Assembly: GCA_963611445.1 (NCBI GenBank)
Contig: CAVDRT010000209.1
Span: 1-24,826, forward strand
Length of the DNA: 24,826 nt
Source of the DNA: a bacterium
Lineage (GTDB): Bacteria; Bacillota; Clostridia; Oscillospirales; Acutalibacteraceae
Direction of reading: 5' to 3'
The translations under genes were made by a program, and so were the position numbers. The notes under the pieces are model-generated. The model was not told where the DNA came from, did no database searches, and saw nothing but the letters and a program-made list of their open reading frames with translations. This document shows positions 1-8,084 of this stretch, piece by piece (the stretch's first letter is position 1; every line of letters begins with the position of its first letter).

Positions 1-1
1 C

Positions 2-1381
2 TTTGATATGTCCTCCCCGCATTATTCCGCGGATATTCTCTCGCTCGGTATTCCCGTGCTCGGAATTTGTTACGGCTGCCAGCTTATGGCGTGGATGTGC
101 GGCGGAAATATCGAAACGGCGCCTGTCTCGGAATACGGCAAGGTCGAGCTCTCAATTTGCGCCGACAGCCCGATTTTTAAGGATATCTCCGAAACAAGCA
201 CGGTTTGGATGAGCCATACCGACTATATTTCCCGCGCGCCCGAAGGTTTTTCGGTGATCGCAAAGACCGAAAATTGCCCCGTGGCGGCAATGCAAAATGA
301 AGACAAAAAACTTTATGCCGTTCAGTTCCACCCCGAAGTCACCCATTCGGAATACGGCGATAAAATGCTCGAAAATTTCCTTTTTGCCGTTTGCGAATGT
401 AAAGGCGATTGGGTTATGGACAGTTTCATCGAAGATACCGTTAAAAGACTTCGTGAGGAAATCGGCGATAATGAGGTTATTTTGGGGCTTTCGGGCGGCG
501 TTGACAGTTCGGTTGCGGCAGGCCTTTTGAGCCGCGCGGTCGGGAAACAACTCACCTGCGTGTTCGTTGACCAGGGACTTATGCGCAAAAACGAGGGCGA
601 TTTTGTTGAAGAAACTTTCACAAAACTTTTTGATATGAATTTCGTCCGCGTCAATTGCGGCGATGTCTTTATGCAAAAACTTGCCGGTGTGACCGACCCC
701 GAGAAAAAACGCCATATAATCGGCGATGAATTTTATAAAGTGTTTTGGAACGAAATAAAATCCCGCGCCGGCGGAAACGCGTTTTTTGCGCAGGGAACAA
801 TATATCCCGACCGAATTGAAAGCGGCAAAGGCACATCGGGCAAAGGCGCCGGAAGCGCGGTTATAAAAACCCACCATAATCAGCGTGAAATCCCGAAAGA
901 TATTAAATTTTTGGGACTGGTTGAACCGCTTAAAGACCTTTTTAAGGACGAGGTCCGCGCGGTCGGCGAAAAACTCGGAATACCGCACGAACTTGTCTGG
1001 CGTCAACCTTTCCCGGGTCCCGGGCTCGGCGTCCGAATAGTCGGCGAAATTACTGCCGAAAAGGTGCGGATTCTGCAAGATGCCGATTTTGTCTTGCGTG
1101 ACGAAATGTCAAAGAACGGCTATGAGAAAAATCTCAGTCAGTTCTTCTGCGTGTTCACCGGCTCAAAAGCGGTCGGCGTAATGGGCGACCACCGTACATA
1201 TGAAAATGTCATAGCGATTCGCGCCGTCACGACCGATGATTTTATGACAGCCGATTGGGCAAGAATCCCGTTTGATATTCTGTCAACCGTTTCCAATCGA
1301 ATTACAAATGAGGTAAACGGCGTCAATCGCATTGTCTATGATATAACTTCAAAACCCCCCGGAACTGTCGAGTGGGAGTAA
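2..1381 (+). CDS. guaA: GMP synthase (glutamine-hydrolysing), 5'-truncated by the window
   Basis: GATase motifs GICYG, VWMSH, QFHPE; ATP-PPase SGGVDS, RQPFPGPGLG; C-terminal YDITSKPPGTVEWE. Frame is open from the window edge. Confidence 0.98.
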   Translation, partial: FDMSSPHYSADILSLGIPVLGICYGCQLMAWMCGGNIETAPVSEYGKVELSICADSPIFKDISETSTVWMSHTDYISRAPEGFSVIAKTENCPVAAMQNEDKKLYAVQFHPEVTHSEYGDKMLENFLFAVCECKGDWVMDSFIEDTVKRLREEIGDNEVILGLSGGVDSSVAAGLLSRAVGKQLTCVFVDQGLMRKNEGDFVEETFTKLFDMNFVRVNCGDVFMQKLAGVTDPEKKRHIIGDEFYKVFWNEIKSRAGGNAFFAQGTIYPDRIESGKGTSGKGAGSAVIKTHHNQREIPKDIKFLGLVEPLKDLFKDEVRAVGEKLGIPHELVWRQPFPGPGLGVRIVGEITAEKVRILQDADFVLRDEMSKNGYEKNLSQFFCVFTGSKAVGVMGDHRTYENVIAIRAVTTDDFMTADWARIPFDILSTVSNRITNEVNGVNRIVYDITSKPPGTVEWE

Positions 1382-1384
1382 TAT
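1370..1384 (+). repeat. att core copy 1 (guaA 3' end, attL of element 1)
   Basis: GAGTGGGAGTAATAT, recurring as GAGTGGGAATAATAC at 11336 and 17416. Confidence 0.92.
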
Positions 1385-1440
1385 CAAGAGTTGCGTGAAC
1401 CCGCATAAACACTGGGTTTTAGGCTCTTAAATTCCTGATT

Positions 1441-1459
1441 TGATAGCAAAATGATAGCA
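1441..1459 (+). promoter_or_regulatory. Putative integrase arm-type sites TGATAGCA x2
   Basis: Copies at 1441 and 1452 (11-bp period); the same motif occurs three times at the other end of the element. Confidence 0.75.
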
Positions 1460-1523
1460 AACTGTAAAACGGCTTTATTCTAAGCGTTCTATCGGTTTGC
1501 AGGTACAATTATTTTAATACTAT

Positions 1524-1563
1524 AAAAGGCATTACTGACTTTTGCAGTCGGTAATGCCTTTTT
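1524..1563. terminator. Bidirectional intrinsic terminator
   Basis: AAAAGGCATTACTGAC-loop-GTCGGTAATGCCTTTTT between convergent guaA and 1575-2186. Confidence 0.88.
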
Positions 1564-1574
1564 CTATGCTTATT

Positions 1575-2186
1575 TTAAGCGGCTTGTTCAAAAATAGTTT
1601 TTTGCATATTCAAATAGTATTGCAGATCAGAATAGGTTTTCTTTTTCAAAACCTTAGGCTTATTGATAAGTGCGGGACTTATGTTGTTTGCTTCAGCCAA
1701 ACGAATTGTGTAGTCAAATATACTATGTACTAAATCACTAAATTGAGATGCCGAGATTTTTAAATTTACTGCTTTTGAAGGATCATCATTTGACAATGCA
1801 TCAAGCGAATTGATTAAAGAATCTATGATTTCAATAGTCAATTTTTCCTCTTTTGCGGCATCTAAATAGATTTGCAGGTTTTTGGCAAATTGCTTTTCTC
1901 GCTTTCTCTTATCACGAGTTGCAATATAACCTACCGTACCGGCAACTGCACCTCCGACTATAAGAACGCCGCCAATGATAATTGCACCTTTATTATGCAA
2001 TCGTATAAAGTCTATTGCTTGAGCCGCACCTTCTTTAGCTGCATCAGCTACGGCGGGAATATGTTTAGCAACCCTCTTGTTGTCAACATTCTTTGCCATA
2101 CCACAGAGTTCTAAAACACCGGCTTTAACACCAGCATAGGTTTTTTCGTCAACTAATAGATTTACATTTACTACAGGCATTTTCAA
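1575..2186 (-). CDS. Hypothetical protein with one predicted transmembrane segment
   Basis: 203 aa; hydrophobic GAIIIGGVLIVGGAVAGTVGYIA followed by basic residues; start overlaps the repressor stop codon; GGAGG RBS upstream. Confidence 0.8.
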   Translation of the reverse strand: MKMPVVNVNLLVDEKTYAGVKAGVLELCGMAKNVDNKRVAKHIPAVADAAKEGAAQAIDFIRLHNKGAIIIGGVLIVGGAVAGTVGYIATRDKRKREKQFAKNLQIYLDAAKEEKLTIEIIDSLINSLDALSNDDPSKAVNLKISASQFSDLVHSIFDYTIRLAEANNISPALINKPKVLKKKTYSDLQYYLNMQKTIFEQAA

Positions 2187-2653
2187 TCCTCCCTACGAGA
2201 ATTAGAGGCTATATTGTTAGGATAATTATAACGCCAACTATCGTATTCATCTTTTGAAATTTCACCATTCTTCAGCTTTTCAGCCTGTTCTTTCCAAGCG
2301 GTGAACATTTCAAACATAGTAATGTAATTTGCGCCCATACCCTTATCCAAATGCAGACAAACCTCTCCGTCTAACTCGGTAATTTTAAGACCGTATAAAT
2401 CTTCAAGTGTAAATAAGGTGTGCATTAAGCCGTTGTAACTGTCAATATCAGGCACAGTTAAAGCACTTGTCGATACACCGAAAACATTTGCAAGATTATT
2501 TGTTAAATCAGCCTTTGGTGTTCTGCTACCGGATTCATACTGTGCCATACGAATGTCAGCGGTTTTCTCCGGAAAGCCCACCTGCATACCGAGATATTTT
2601 TGAGTCATACCTTTTAAATTTCTGAAAAATCTTATTCTTTCGCCGATAGCCAT
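2183..2653 (-). CDS. Xre/HTH repressor of element 1
   Basis: IGERIRFFRNLKGMTQKYLG...RMAQYESGSRTPK HTH; divergent from xis-int; paralogue at 11504-12034. Confidence 0.92.
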   Translation of the reverse strand: MAIGERIRFFRNLKGMTQKYLGMQVGFPEKTADIRMAQYESGSRTPKADLTNNLANVFGVSTSALTVPDIDSYNGLMHTLFTLEDLYGLKITELDGEVCLHLDKGMGANYITMFEMFTAWKEQAEKLKNGEISKDEYDSWRYNYPNNIASNSRRED

Positions 2654-2683
2654 AATATAGCCCCTCCCATTTTACTGTTAAAT

Positions 2684-2804
2684 ATCATAGCATAACAAGT
2701 TAAGTGATGTCAAGGCACACAAAGCAAAAAAGTTTAATATTTTTATGAAAACCACTTGACATAACGGAATATGCTTAGTATAATTATTAAGCAAATAGCG
2801 TTAA
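2684..2804. promoter_or_regulatory. Divergent promoter switch (repressor vs xis-int) with repeated putative operators
   Basis: + strand TTGACA(2756)-N17-TATAAT(2779); - strand TTGACA(2713-2708)-N18-TATGAT; WAGCA-N7-TTAA motifs at 2688, 2722, 2789. Confidence 0.82.
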
Positions 2805-2895
2805 GTTATTTGCGAAAAATCAAATAACCGTCATATATCACGGTAATGGTGTATCCGCTCGGGCAAATCGGAATGCGGTCAGAAAGTATCCGACA
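2791..2895 (+). ncRNA. Candidate structured 5' leader upstream of xis, conserved in element 2
   Basis: Stems conserved and loops variable relative to 12176-12281; possible pseudoknot TCGGA/TCCGA. Confidence 0.45.
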
Positions 2896-2936
2896 TTAAA
2901 TGATTATGAAAATATAAAAACGAAAGGATGATGTTA

Positions 2937-3134
2937 ATGTCAAATAAAATGTTTATGCGTGTTGAAGATGTGGCAGAAGAAATGGGCGTTTCCGTTTCCT
3001 ATGCTTACAAACTCGTACGCAAATTAAATAAAGAATTGCAATCAACCGGGTGTATTACAATTCCCGGCAGAATTGACCGTAAATTCTTTCACGAAAAATT
3101 TTACTCAACAAAAACAATTGAAAGGAGCGATTAA
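2937..3134 (+). CDS. Excisionase-like HTH protein
   Basis: FMRVEDVAEEMGVSVSYAYKLVRKLN HTH directly upstream of the integrase; AAAGGA RBS favours ATG 2937 (2928/2931 possible). Confidence 0.85.
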   Translation: MSNKMFMRVEDVAEEMGVSVSYAYKLVRKLNKELQSTGCITIPGRIDRKFFHEKFYSTKTIERSD

Positions 3135-3135
3135 A

Positions 3136-3351
3136 ATGGGAGCGTTTAAAAATGAAAAGAACGGAACTTGGTATGTGCAGTTCCGTTACACCGATTGGCA
3201 AGGTTTGCGACAGCAAAAATTAAAGCGTGGCTTTGCCACCAAACGAGAGGCACAGGAGTGGGAACGAGCATTTTTAACTGAAAAGAAAGCCGATGTCACT
3301 ATGCCCTTTAAGACTTTTACGGAATTGTACGAAAAAGATGTACGACCTAAA
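3136..3351 (+). pseudogene. Tyrosine integrase, N-terminal arm-binding fragment only
   Basis: MGAFKNEKNGTWYVQFRYTDWQG...KRGFATKREAQEWE is a typical integrase N-terminus; similarity ends near DVRPK and the frame runs out to a stop at 3471 with no catalytic domain. Confidence 0.88.
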
Positions 3352-3649
3352 GTTCGCAGAACCGCTTGTGGCTCGATTCAAGTCGCTAATCAGCACCTTA
3401 TTTGCACGATATTTCAAGGCGGTGGACAGCTACCACAGGTTAAACATTACAAACGGCAATCTCTATCGTGAGAACGAAATGTTGTCTAAAATCAACAGCA
3501 AGCTGAAAAGCGAAAACGAAAATTTGCGTTCGGAGGTCAAAGATTACAAACTCCTACGCAAAGTTTTCGGGTATAAACAAATTGATAATTTGCTTGAACA
3601 GGCAAGAAATAATAAAGGTCGTAAGCGTGAAAATCCACGCTCAAGATAA
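3350..3649 (+). pseudogene. C-terminal remnant of a MobV/Pre-type mobilisation protein
   Basis: KFAEPLV...DSYHRLN...LYRENE...QIDNL matches the tail of 12290-12967; lies before tnpV; no RBS or relaxase domain. Confidence 0.72.
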
Positions 3650-3673
3650 ATAAATTTTTGGAGGTAAAATAAA

Positions 3674-4054
3674 ATGACAAAGACAATTTTTGAAAAAGCA
3701 GACGGTACTTATACGAAAGTCGGCGACTATATGTTGCCCGATTTATTACCGGCGGAAGAAGGAAAAGAAGCGAATATCGGCGTTTGGGCAATGCGACACA
3801 AACGATATTTGAAGCAGAATCACCGTGTACTTTACTACAATTTGCTGACAAGCGGTAAACTCAATTCATATCTTACCGACATTGAAGAAGAGGCAAGTAA
3901 TATGTTTTCTCGGCTTGTAAAAGACCTCGCCGAAAAAGAAAATGTAACCGAAGAACTCAAATCAACCGATATGATGTTGTGGGTGCAGAAGATGAATAAT
4001 ATTCGGAATAGGGCGACAGAGATTGTAAATTCAGAATTGATTTACACGGTATGA
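3674..4054 (+). CDS. tnpV: TnpV family protein
   Basis: GTYTKVGDYMLPDL, IGVWAMRHKRYLK, LLTSGKLNSYL, WVQKMNNIRNRA; GGAGG RBS. Confidence 0.9.
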   Translation: MTKTIFEKADGTYTKVGDYMLPDLLPAEEGKEANIGVWAMRHKRYLKQNHRVLYYNLLTSGKLNSYLTDIEEEASNMFSRLVKDLAEKENVTEELKSTDMMLWVQKMNNIRNRATEIVNSELIYTV

Positions 4055-4059
4055 ACAAG

Positions 4060-4090
4060 ATGGCGGCAGGGAGAAATCTCTGCCGTCATT
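4060..4090 (+). terminator. Stem-loop after tnpV
   Basis: ATGGCGGCAGGGA-GAAA-TCTCTGCCGTCAT; a similar hairpin follows the second tnpV. Confidence 0.65.
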
Positions 4091-4105
4091 AAATTTGTGT
4101 CGAAC

Positions 4106-4134
4106 TTGACGTTGACGTGATTGTATGATATACT
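4106..4134 (+). promoter_or_regulatory. Sigma-A promoter of the MTase operon containing two ACGT sites
   Basis: TTGACG(4106)-N17-TATACT(4129) with extended TG (4126); ACGT at 4109-4112 and 4115-4118. Confidence 0.8.
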
Positions 4135-4162
4135 TTTCCTACAGAGATTTAGGAGGTACGAC

Positions 4163-4411
4163 ATGGAATCCACAGAATTGCTGGAGTGGCTTATAAATGA
4201 AAAAAATATGAGTATTCGCTCTGCTAAAGATGTAATTTCTCGCTGTGGCAGAGTTCGCAGAATGTTACATACAGACTCTATAAGTAGCGATACATTGGAA
4301 AACCTGCAAAATAACGGAGAGTTTGAAGAGAGCTCTATGTTTATCAAGTCGCAGTTAAAAAGAGCTGTAACATTATATAATGAATTTGAGAAAACACCAA
4401 TGAAGGATTAG
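4163..4411 (+). CDS. Small hypothetical protein leading the MTase operon
   Basis: AGGAGG RBS at 4151, ATG at 4163; 82 aa, MESTELLEWLINEKNMSIRSAKDVISR...; ends 3 nt before MTase 1. Confidence 0.8.
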   Translation: MESTELLEWLINEKNMSIRSAKDVISRCGRVRRMLHTDSISSDTLENLQNNGEFEESSMFIKSQLKRAVTLYNEFEKTPMKD

Positions 4412-4414
4412 TAT

Positions 4415-5359
4415 ATGAGAGAACAACTTACAGTAGGAAGTATGTTTGCAGGCATTGGCGGAATTTGTTTAGCGTTTAGACAAAATGGCTGTAAAATAGT
4501 TTGGGCCAATGAACTTGACAAGTATGCTTGCAAGACATATAGATTGAACTTTGGCGATGAATATCTTGTTGAAGGCGATATTCAAAAATTAGATACGAAG
4601 GACATCCCTAAATTTGATATTTTAACGGCGGGTTTTCCCTGTCAGGCATTTTCATCTGTTGGATTGCTGGAAGGCTTCAATGATCCTAGAGGAAATTTGT
4701 TTTTTGAAACAGCAAGGGTAATAAACAAAATAAAACCTCGAGTTGTTTTTCTTGAAAATGTAGCTAATTTAGTAAAACATGATGACGGAAAAACTTTTGA
4801 AGTGATATTAAAAACACTTGAAGATTTAGGATATCATACAGTATATAAAATTATGAATGCAAAAGAATATGGTAATATTCCTCAGCAAAGAAACCGAATA
4901 TACATAGTTGCATTTAAGTATAAGAAAAATTTAAAGGAATTTAAGTTTCCAGATACATTGCCGTTGACACAAACTGCTTTTGATTTGTTTGATAAGAAAA
5001 AACAAGAAGAAAAATATTATATGGATGGTCATCGTATGTGGAATAGAATGATGGAATATATGGATGACCGTAAAAGAGTTTATCGTTTTACAGATTGGGG
5101 GCTTTCTAGAGGAATGGAAGGAATTTGTCCAACACTTTTGGCTGCGATGGGTAGTCGATTTGAGAGAATTCCTTTTTTCTATGATAATTTTTCTGTTAGA
5201 TTAATGACTCCTCGTGAATGTGCTAGATTACAAGGCTTCCCAGAAACTTTTATTTTACCTAAAGAAAATGAAAAACAGGTTTACAAGCAAATTGGAAATT
5301 CAGTATGCGTTCCTGTAGTTAGCAGAATTGCCGAAAATATTGTCAAATCATTAAATTAG
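4415..5359 (+). CDS. DNA (cytosine-5) methyltransferase 1, specificity unknown
   Basis: Motifs MFAGIGG, GFPCQ, ENV, PQQRNR, RECARLQGFP, QIGNSV. Confidence 0.96.
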   Translation: MREQLTVGSMFAGIGGICLAFRQNGCKIVWANELDKYACKTYRLNFGDEYLVEGDIQKLDTKDIPKFDILTAGFPCQAFSSVGLLEGFNDPRGNLFFETARVINKIKPRVVFLENVANLVKHDDGKTFEVILKTLEDLGYHTVYKIMNAKEYGNIPQQRNRIYIVAFKYKKNLKEFKFPDTLPLTQTAFDLFDKKKQEEKYYMDGHRMWNRMMEYMDDRKRVYRFTDWGLSRGMEGICPTLLAAMGSRFERIPFFYDNFSVRLMTPRECARLQGFPETFILPKENEKQVYKQIGNSVCVPVVSRIAENIVKSLN

Positions 5360-5371
5360 GAGAAGGACTGT

Positions 5372-6460
5372 ATGAAACAATATAATATAATGGACTTGTT
5401 TGCAGGTGTTGGTGGATTGAGTTATGGCTTTTCAGTGCTTCCTCAATTCAATATTGTTGCAGCAAATGAAATTGAAAAAGACATTTCCGTTGCATATAAA
5501 TTAAATCATCCTAATGTCGAAATGATAAATTGTGATATAAATAGTTTGACCGAAGATGTTATAGAAAAGACATTGGAGGGACAGAAGGTTGATATTGTAG
5601 TAGGCGGACCTCCTTGTCAATCATATTCAACTCTTGGGAAAAGACAAAATGATGAGAGGGCAAACTTGTTTATGCAATATAAGAGAATTCTTAAAATTCT
5701 GCAGCCTAAAGCATTTGTGTTTGAAAATGTTACCGGAATGCTTAGTATGAATAAAGGAAATCTTTTTAAACGAATTCAAACTGAGTTTGAAGAACTTGGT
5801 TATGATTTAAAACACAAAGTTTTGGACGCAGTTGATTATGGCGTCCCTCAGCATAGAGAAAGGGTAATTCTTGTCGGAATTAAAGGGGAAAATAACTTTG
5901 TTTATCCGCTTCCTACGCATGGTGAAGGATTAAAACCATATGTAACTTTGAGGGAGGCAATAGGAGATTTACCCGTGCTAAGAAGTGGCGAAGAAAATGA
6001 CACTTATACTACCGAACCTACGAATGATTTTTTGAAATTTGTCAGAAAAAATTCAAATGGGTATGTTGAAGAACATAAGGCACCTAAAAATGGCGAACAT
6101 CTCGTCAAAATAATGCAAACATTAAAGGATGGACAGTCTAAAGATGATTTGCCTGAAAATATTCGTCCTAAAAGTGGCTACGGCAATACCTACGCTAAAT
6201 TATGGTGGAATAAGCCTTCGACAACAATAACGAGAAATTTTGCGTGTCCTTCATCGTCGAGATGTATTCATCCAAGAGATTCAAGAGCAATGTCAATTCG
6301 AGAAGGAGCAAGATTGCAGAGCTTTCCGGATGATTATAAATTTTATGGCTCTGATGGAATGAAAAGATTAGAAATAGGTAATGCTGTTCCGCCGTTGCTT
6401 TCAATGGCTATTGCAAAGCGGATGTTAGAGGCAATACAAAAGAATGAGGCTGCAGAATAG
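5372..6460 (+). CDS. DNA (cytosine-5) methyltransferase 2, probably ACGT-specific (HpyCH4IV/Hpy99XI-like)
   Basis: LFAGVGG, GPPCQ, ENV, QHRER, IGNAV. The TRD region (TLKDGQSKDDLP...TITRNF..PSSSRCIHPRDSRA) resembles, from recall, the Helicobacter ACGT MTases. Confidence 0.93.
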   Translation: MKQYNIMDLFAGVGGLSYGFSVLPQFNIVAANEIEKDISVAYKLNHPNVEMINCDINSLTEDVIEKTLEGQKVDIVVGGPPCQSYSTLGKRQNDERANLFMQYKRILKILQPKAFVFENVTGMLSMNKGNLFKRIQTEFEELGYDLKHKVLDAVDYGVPQHRERVILVGIKGENNFVYPLPTHGEGLKPYVTLREAIGDLPVLRSGEENDTYTTEPTNDFLKFVRKNSNGYVEEHKAPKNGEHLVKIMQTLKDGQSKDDLPENIRPKSGYGNTYAKLWWNKPSTTITRNFACPSSSRCIHPRDSRAMSIREGARLQSFPDDYKFYGSDGMKRLEIGNAVPPLLSMAIAKRMLEAIQKNEAAE

Positions 6461-6471
6461 CACTGCAGCCT
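6447..6471. terminator. Hairpin between convergent MTase and REase operons
   Basis: AGGCTGCAG-AATAGCA-CTGCAGCCT, overlapping the MTase 2 stop. Confidence 0.7.
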
Positions 6472-6476
6472 TAAAA

Positions 6477-7232
6477 TCAGCAAATTATATTTTTATAATT
6501 TGTTGGCATATCTGTAATAGCCCATTTAAAAGATTCGGATGGTATGGAAAATACAATTTGATTTTCTAATTCCTGTCGATGTACCCAATTAACACTTTTA
6601 TCAGATATAGAAGAAATATCAATAATAGCAACTTTTCCGTTAAACAAATCGAAGTGAACAACATATGAATAAATATTAGCAGACAAAAACACTCTTTTTG
6701 CTTCATTAACTTTATGATACTTTATGTCGTTTGCTCCTGTAAATCCTGATTGAACTTCTAACCTGATGATTTTATTATCTAACTCGATTTCCAAATCTGC
6801 AGTGGGAGATTTGGAAAAAGTGTCTATGCAAGTTAATTTGTCATTACCTACAATTTTTATTTTATCTCGTGAAATGTTAAATACAATTGACAAAGCTTTT
6901 GAAAAAAATTCACAAACAGCATATCCTCTCATCCAATTATAATATACATCTTCAGGAGGCCTACCATTGTTGTTTAATCGTGGGATTATATTATTATCTT
7001 TTAGAATTTGATATGCACCATCAATTTTGTGGTTAAAATCTGTAATATTATCATATCTTATACTTTCGTGGACAACGGTATTTAACTTTTGAAAAATATC
7101 TTTAATTCGAGAGTTATATTGTTCGATTTTATTCCAGTTAATATCCACAATATCTTTCCCTTTATAATATTTTTTCAATCTATCTGCGTTTGTATAACCA
7201 AACCGTACTCTAAATTTTCTATCAACAGACAT
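6477..7232 (-). CDS. Type II restriction endonuclease, HpyCH4IV-like (probable ACGT)
   Basis: WMRG..V.EFF, SPTADLEI, LEVQSGF.G.NDIK.HKV.EA, VVHFDLFNG recalled from the Helicobacter enzyme; adjacent to the matching MTase. Confidence 0.75.
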   Translation of the reverse strand: MSVDRKFRVRFGYTNADRLKKYYKGKDIVDINWNKIEQYNSRIKDIFQKLNTVVHESIRYDNITDFNHKIDGAYQILKDNNIIPRLNNNGRPPEDVYYNWMRGYAVCEFFSKALSIVFNISRDKIKIVGNDKLTCIDTFSKSPTADLEIELDNKIIRLEVQSGFTGANDIKYHKVNEAKRVFLSANIYSYVVHFDLFNGKVAIIDISSISDKSVNWVHRQELENQIVFSIPSESFKWAITDMPTNYKNIIC

Positions 7233-7242
7233 AAACTAACTC

Positions 7243-8082
7243 CTATTTTAGCAATGTACACAGTTTCTCGTAATTATGATGAAATTGTAGCTGACCTTGA
7301 TGCCATTGAACAAAACCAAAAGGCAACTGAATTGTAGTACCTCCATATGAGGAACCATAATAGGTTTCGTCTTTTGCAACTTTCTGAACAGTATTACAAA
7401 TATCTTCTATGAAGAATAGATCATCCGTATTATTTTCACCAAGAAGATTTATGTACCATACAAAGTCGGACCACTCTTTGCTATCACATACAGCACCCAT
7501 AGAAAATGAGAGCTTTGCGAGTTCATAAGCGTTGTCAGTGAACCATTGTAATAATACATCATAGAGATGTTCATTATATGTTTTTAATGTAGTAGCATTT
7601 AAGCTCTTATGTCGCAATTGTAGGTCATAATTTTTAGTTATAGCTTGGTCACCATATTCTTTTATGATATCTACGGCATCATCAGCAGCTGCCCAAAATA
7701 GGTTTATTGCTCTCTGTACATCCAAAGGGATTTTGACATTAAATTGTTTTTCAAAAGTATCAATAAATAGTCCTGCTCTTACAAAATACACTTGTCCTCC
7801 AAGACTCTTTTTTATGGAAATGTTGATTACTTCGTCTGTATCAAGATAGACTTTCAAATCAGTTTTGGATTTCGTTTTTCTACCATTGACACTTGGGACA
7901 TTTGTTTCGTGTAATCCACCAATTGTTGTACGAACAATATGGGAATGAGGTCTATCTATTCTTTTTAATAAGAAAGTTGCGAAAACCTCATCAGTATCTA
8001 AGCGTATTTTTACTAAATCCTCATTTTTGTGTCCTGACAGCTTTGCGTATTGCCAACCTGTGGCTCTATTTCTATGCTCCAT
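7243..8082 (-). CDS. Type II restriction endonuclease, HinP1I/MspI-like PD-(D/E)xK
   Basis: AKLSGHKNE, KTDLKV...NISIKK and C-terminal LQF parallel HinP1I motifs (recall); directly downstream of the C gene. Confidence 0.65.
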   Translation of the reverse strand: MEHRNRATGWQYAKLSGHKNEDLVKIRLDTDEVFATFLLKRIDRPHSHIVRTTIGGLHETNVPSVNGRKTKSKTDLKVYLDTDEVINISIKKSLGGQVYFVRAGLFIDTFEKQFNVKIPLDVQRAINLFWAAADDAVDIIKEYGDQAITKNYDLQLRHKSLNATTLKTYNEHLYDVLLQWFTDNAYELAKLSFSMGAVCDSKEWSDFVWYINLLGENNTDDLFFIEDICNTVQKVAKDETYYGSSYGGTTIQLPFGFVQWHQGQLQFHHNYEKLCTLLK

Positions 8083-8084
8083 AT

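Larger units (their letters stand above)
1370..1563 (+). repeat. ~194-bp direct repeat, copy 1 (element left end)
   Basis: Colinear with 17416-17609; about 10 substitutions by eye. Confidence 0.97.

Noticed and set aside
152..1078. 308-aa minus-strand ORF and other ORFs overlapping guaA
   Set aside because: Antisense or alternate-frame shadows of a conserved gene, with no motifs or RBS.
2859..2870. GGGCAAA suggesting a c-di-GMP-I riboswitch
   Set aside because: The remaining GEMM features (GCAAACC stem, GNRA tetraloop/receptor) are not evident.
3073..3649. ORFs 3073-3471 and 3293-3649 as intact genes or a programmed frameshift
   Set aside because: The two halves belong to different proteins (integrase, mob); a deletion junction explains them.
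6477..8082. Two REase genes as subunits of one heterodimeric enzyme
   Set aside because: No visible similarity between them and each resembles a different stand-alone family; disfavoured but not excluded.
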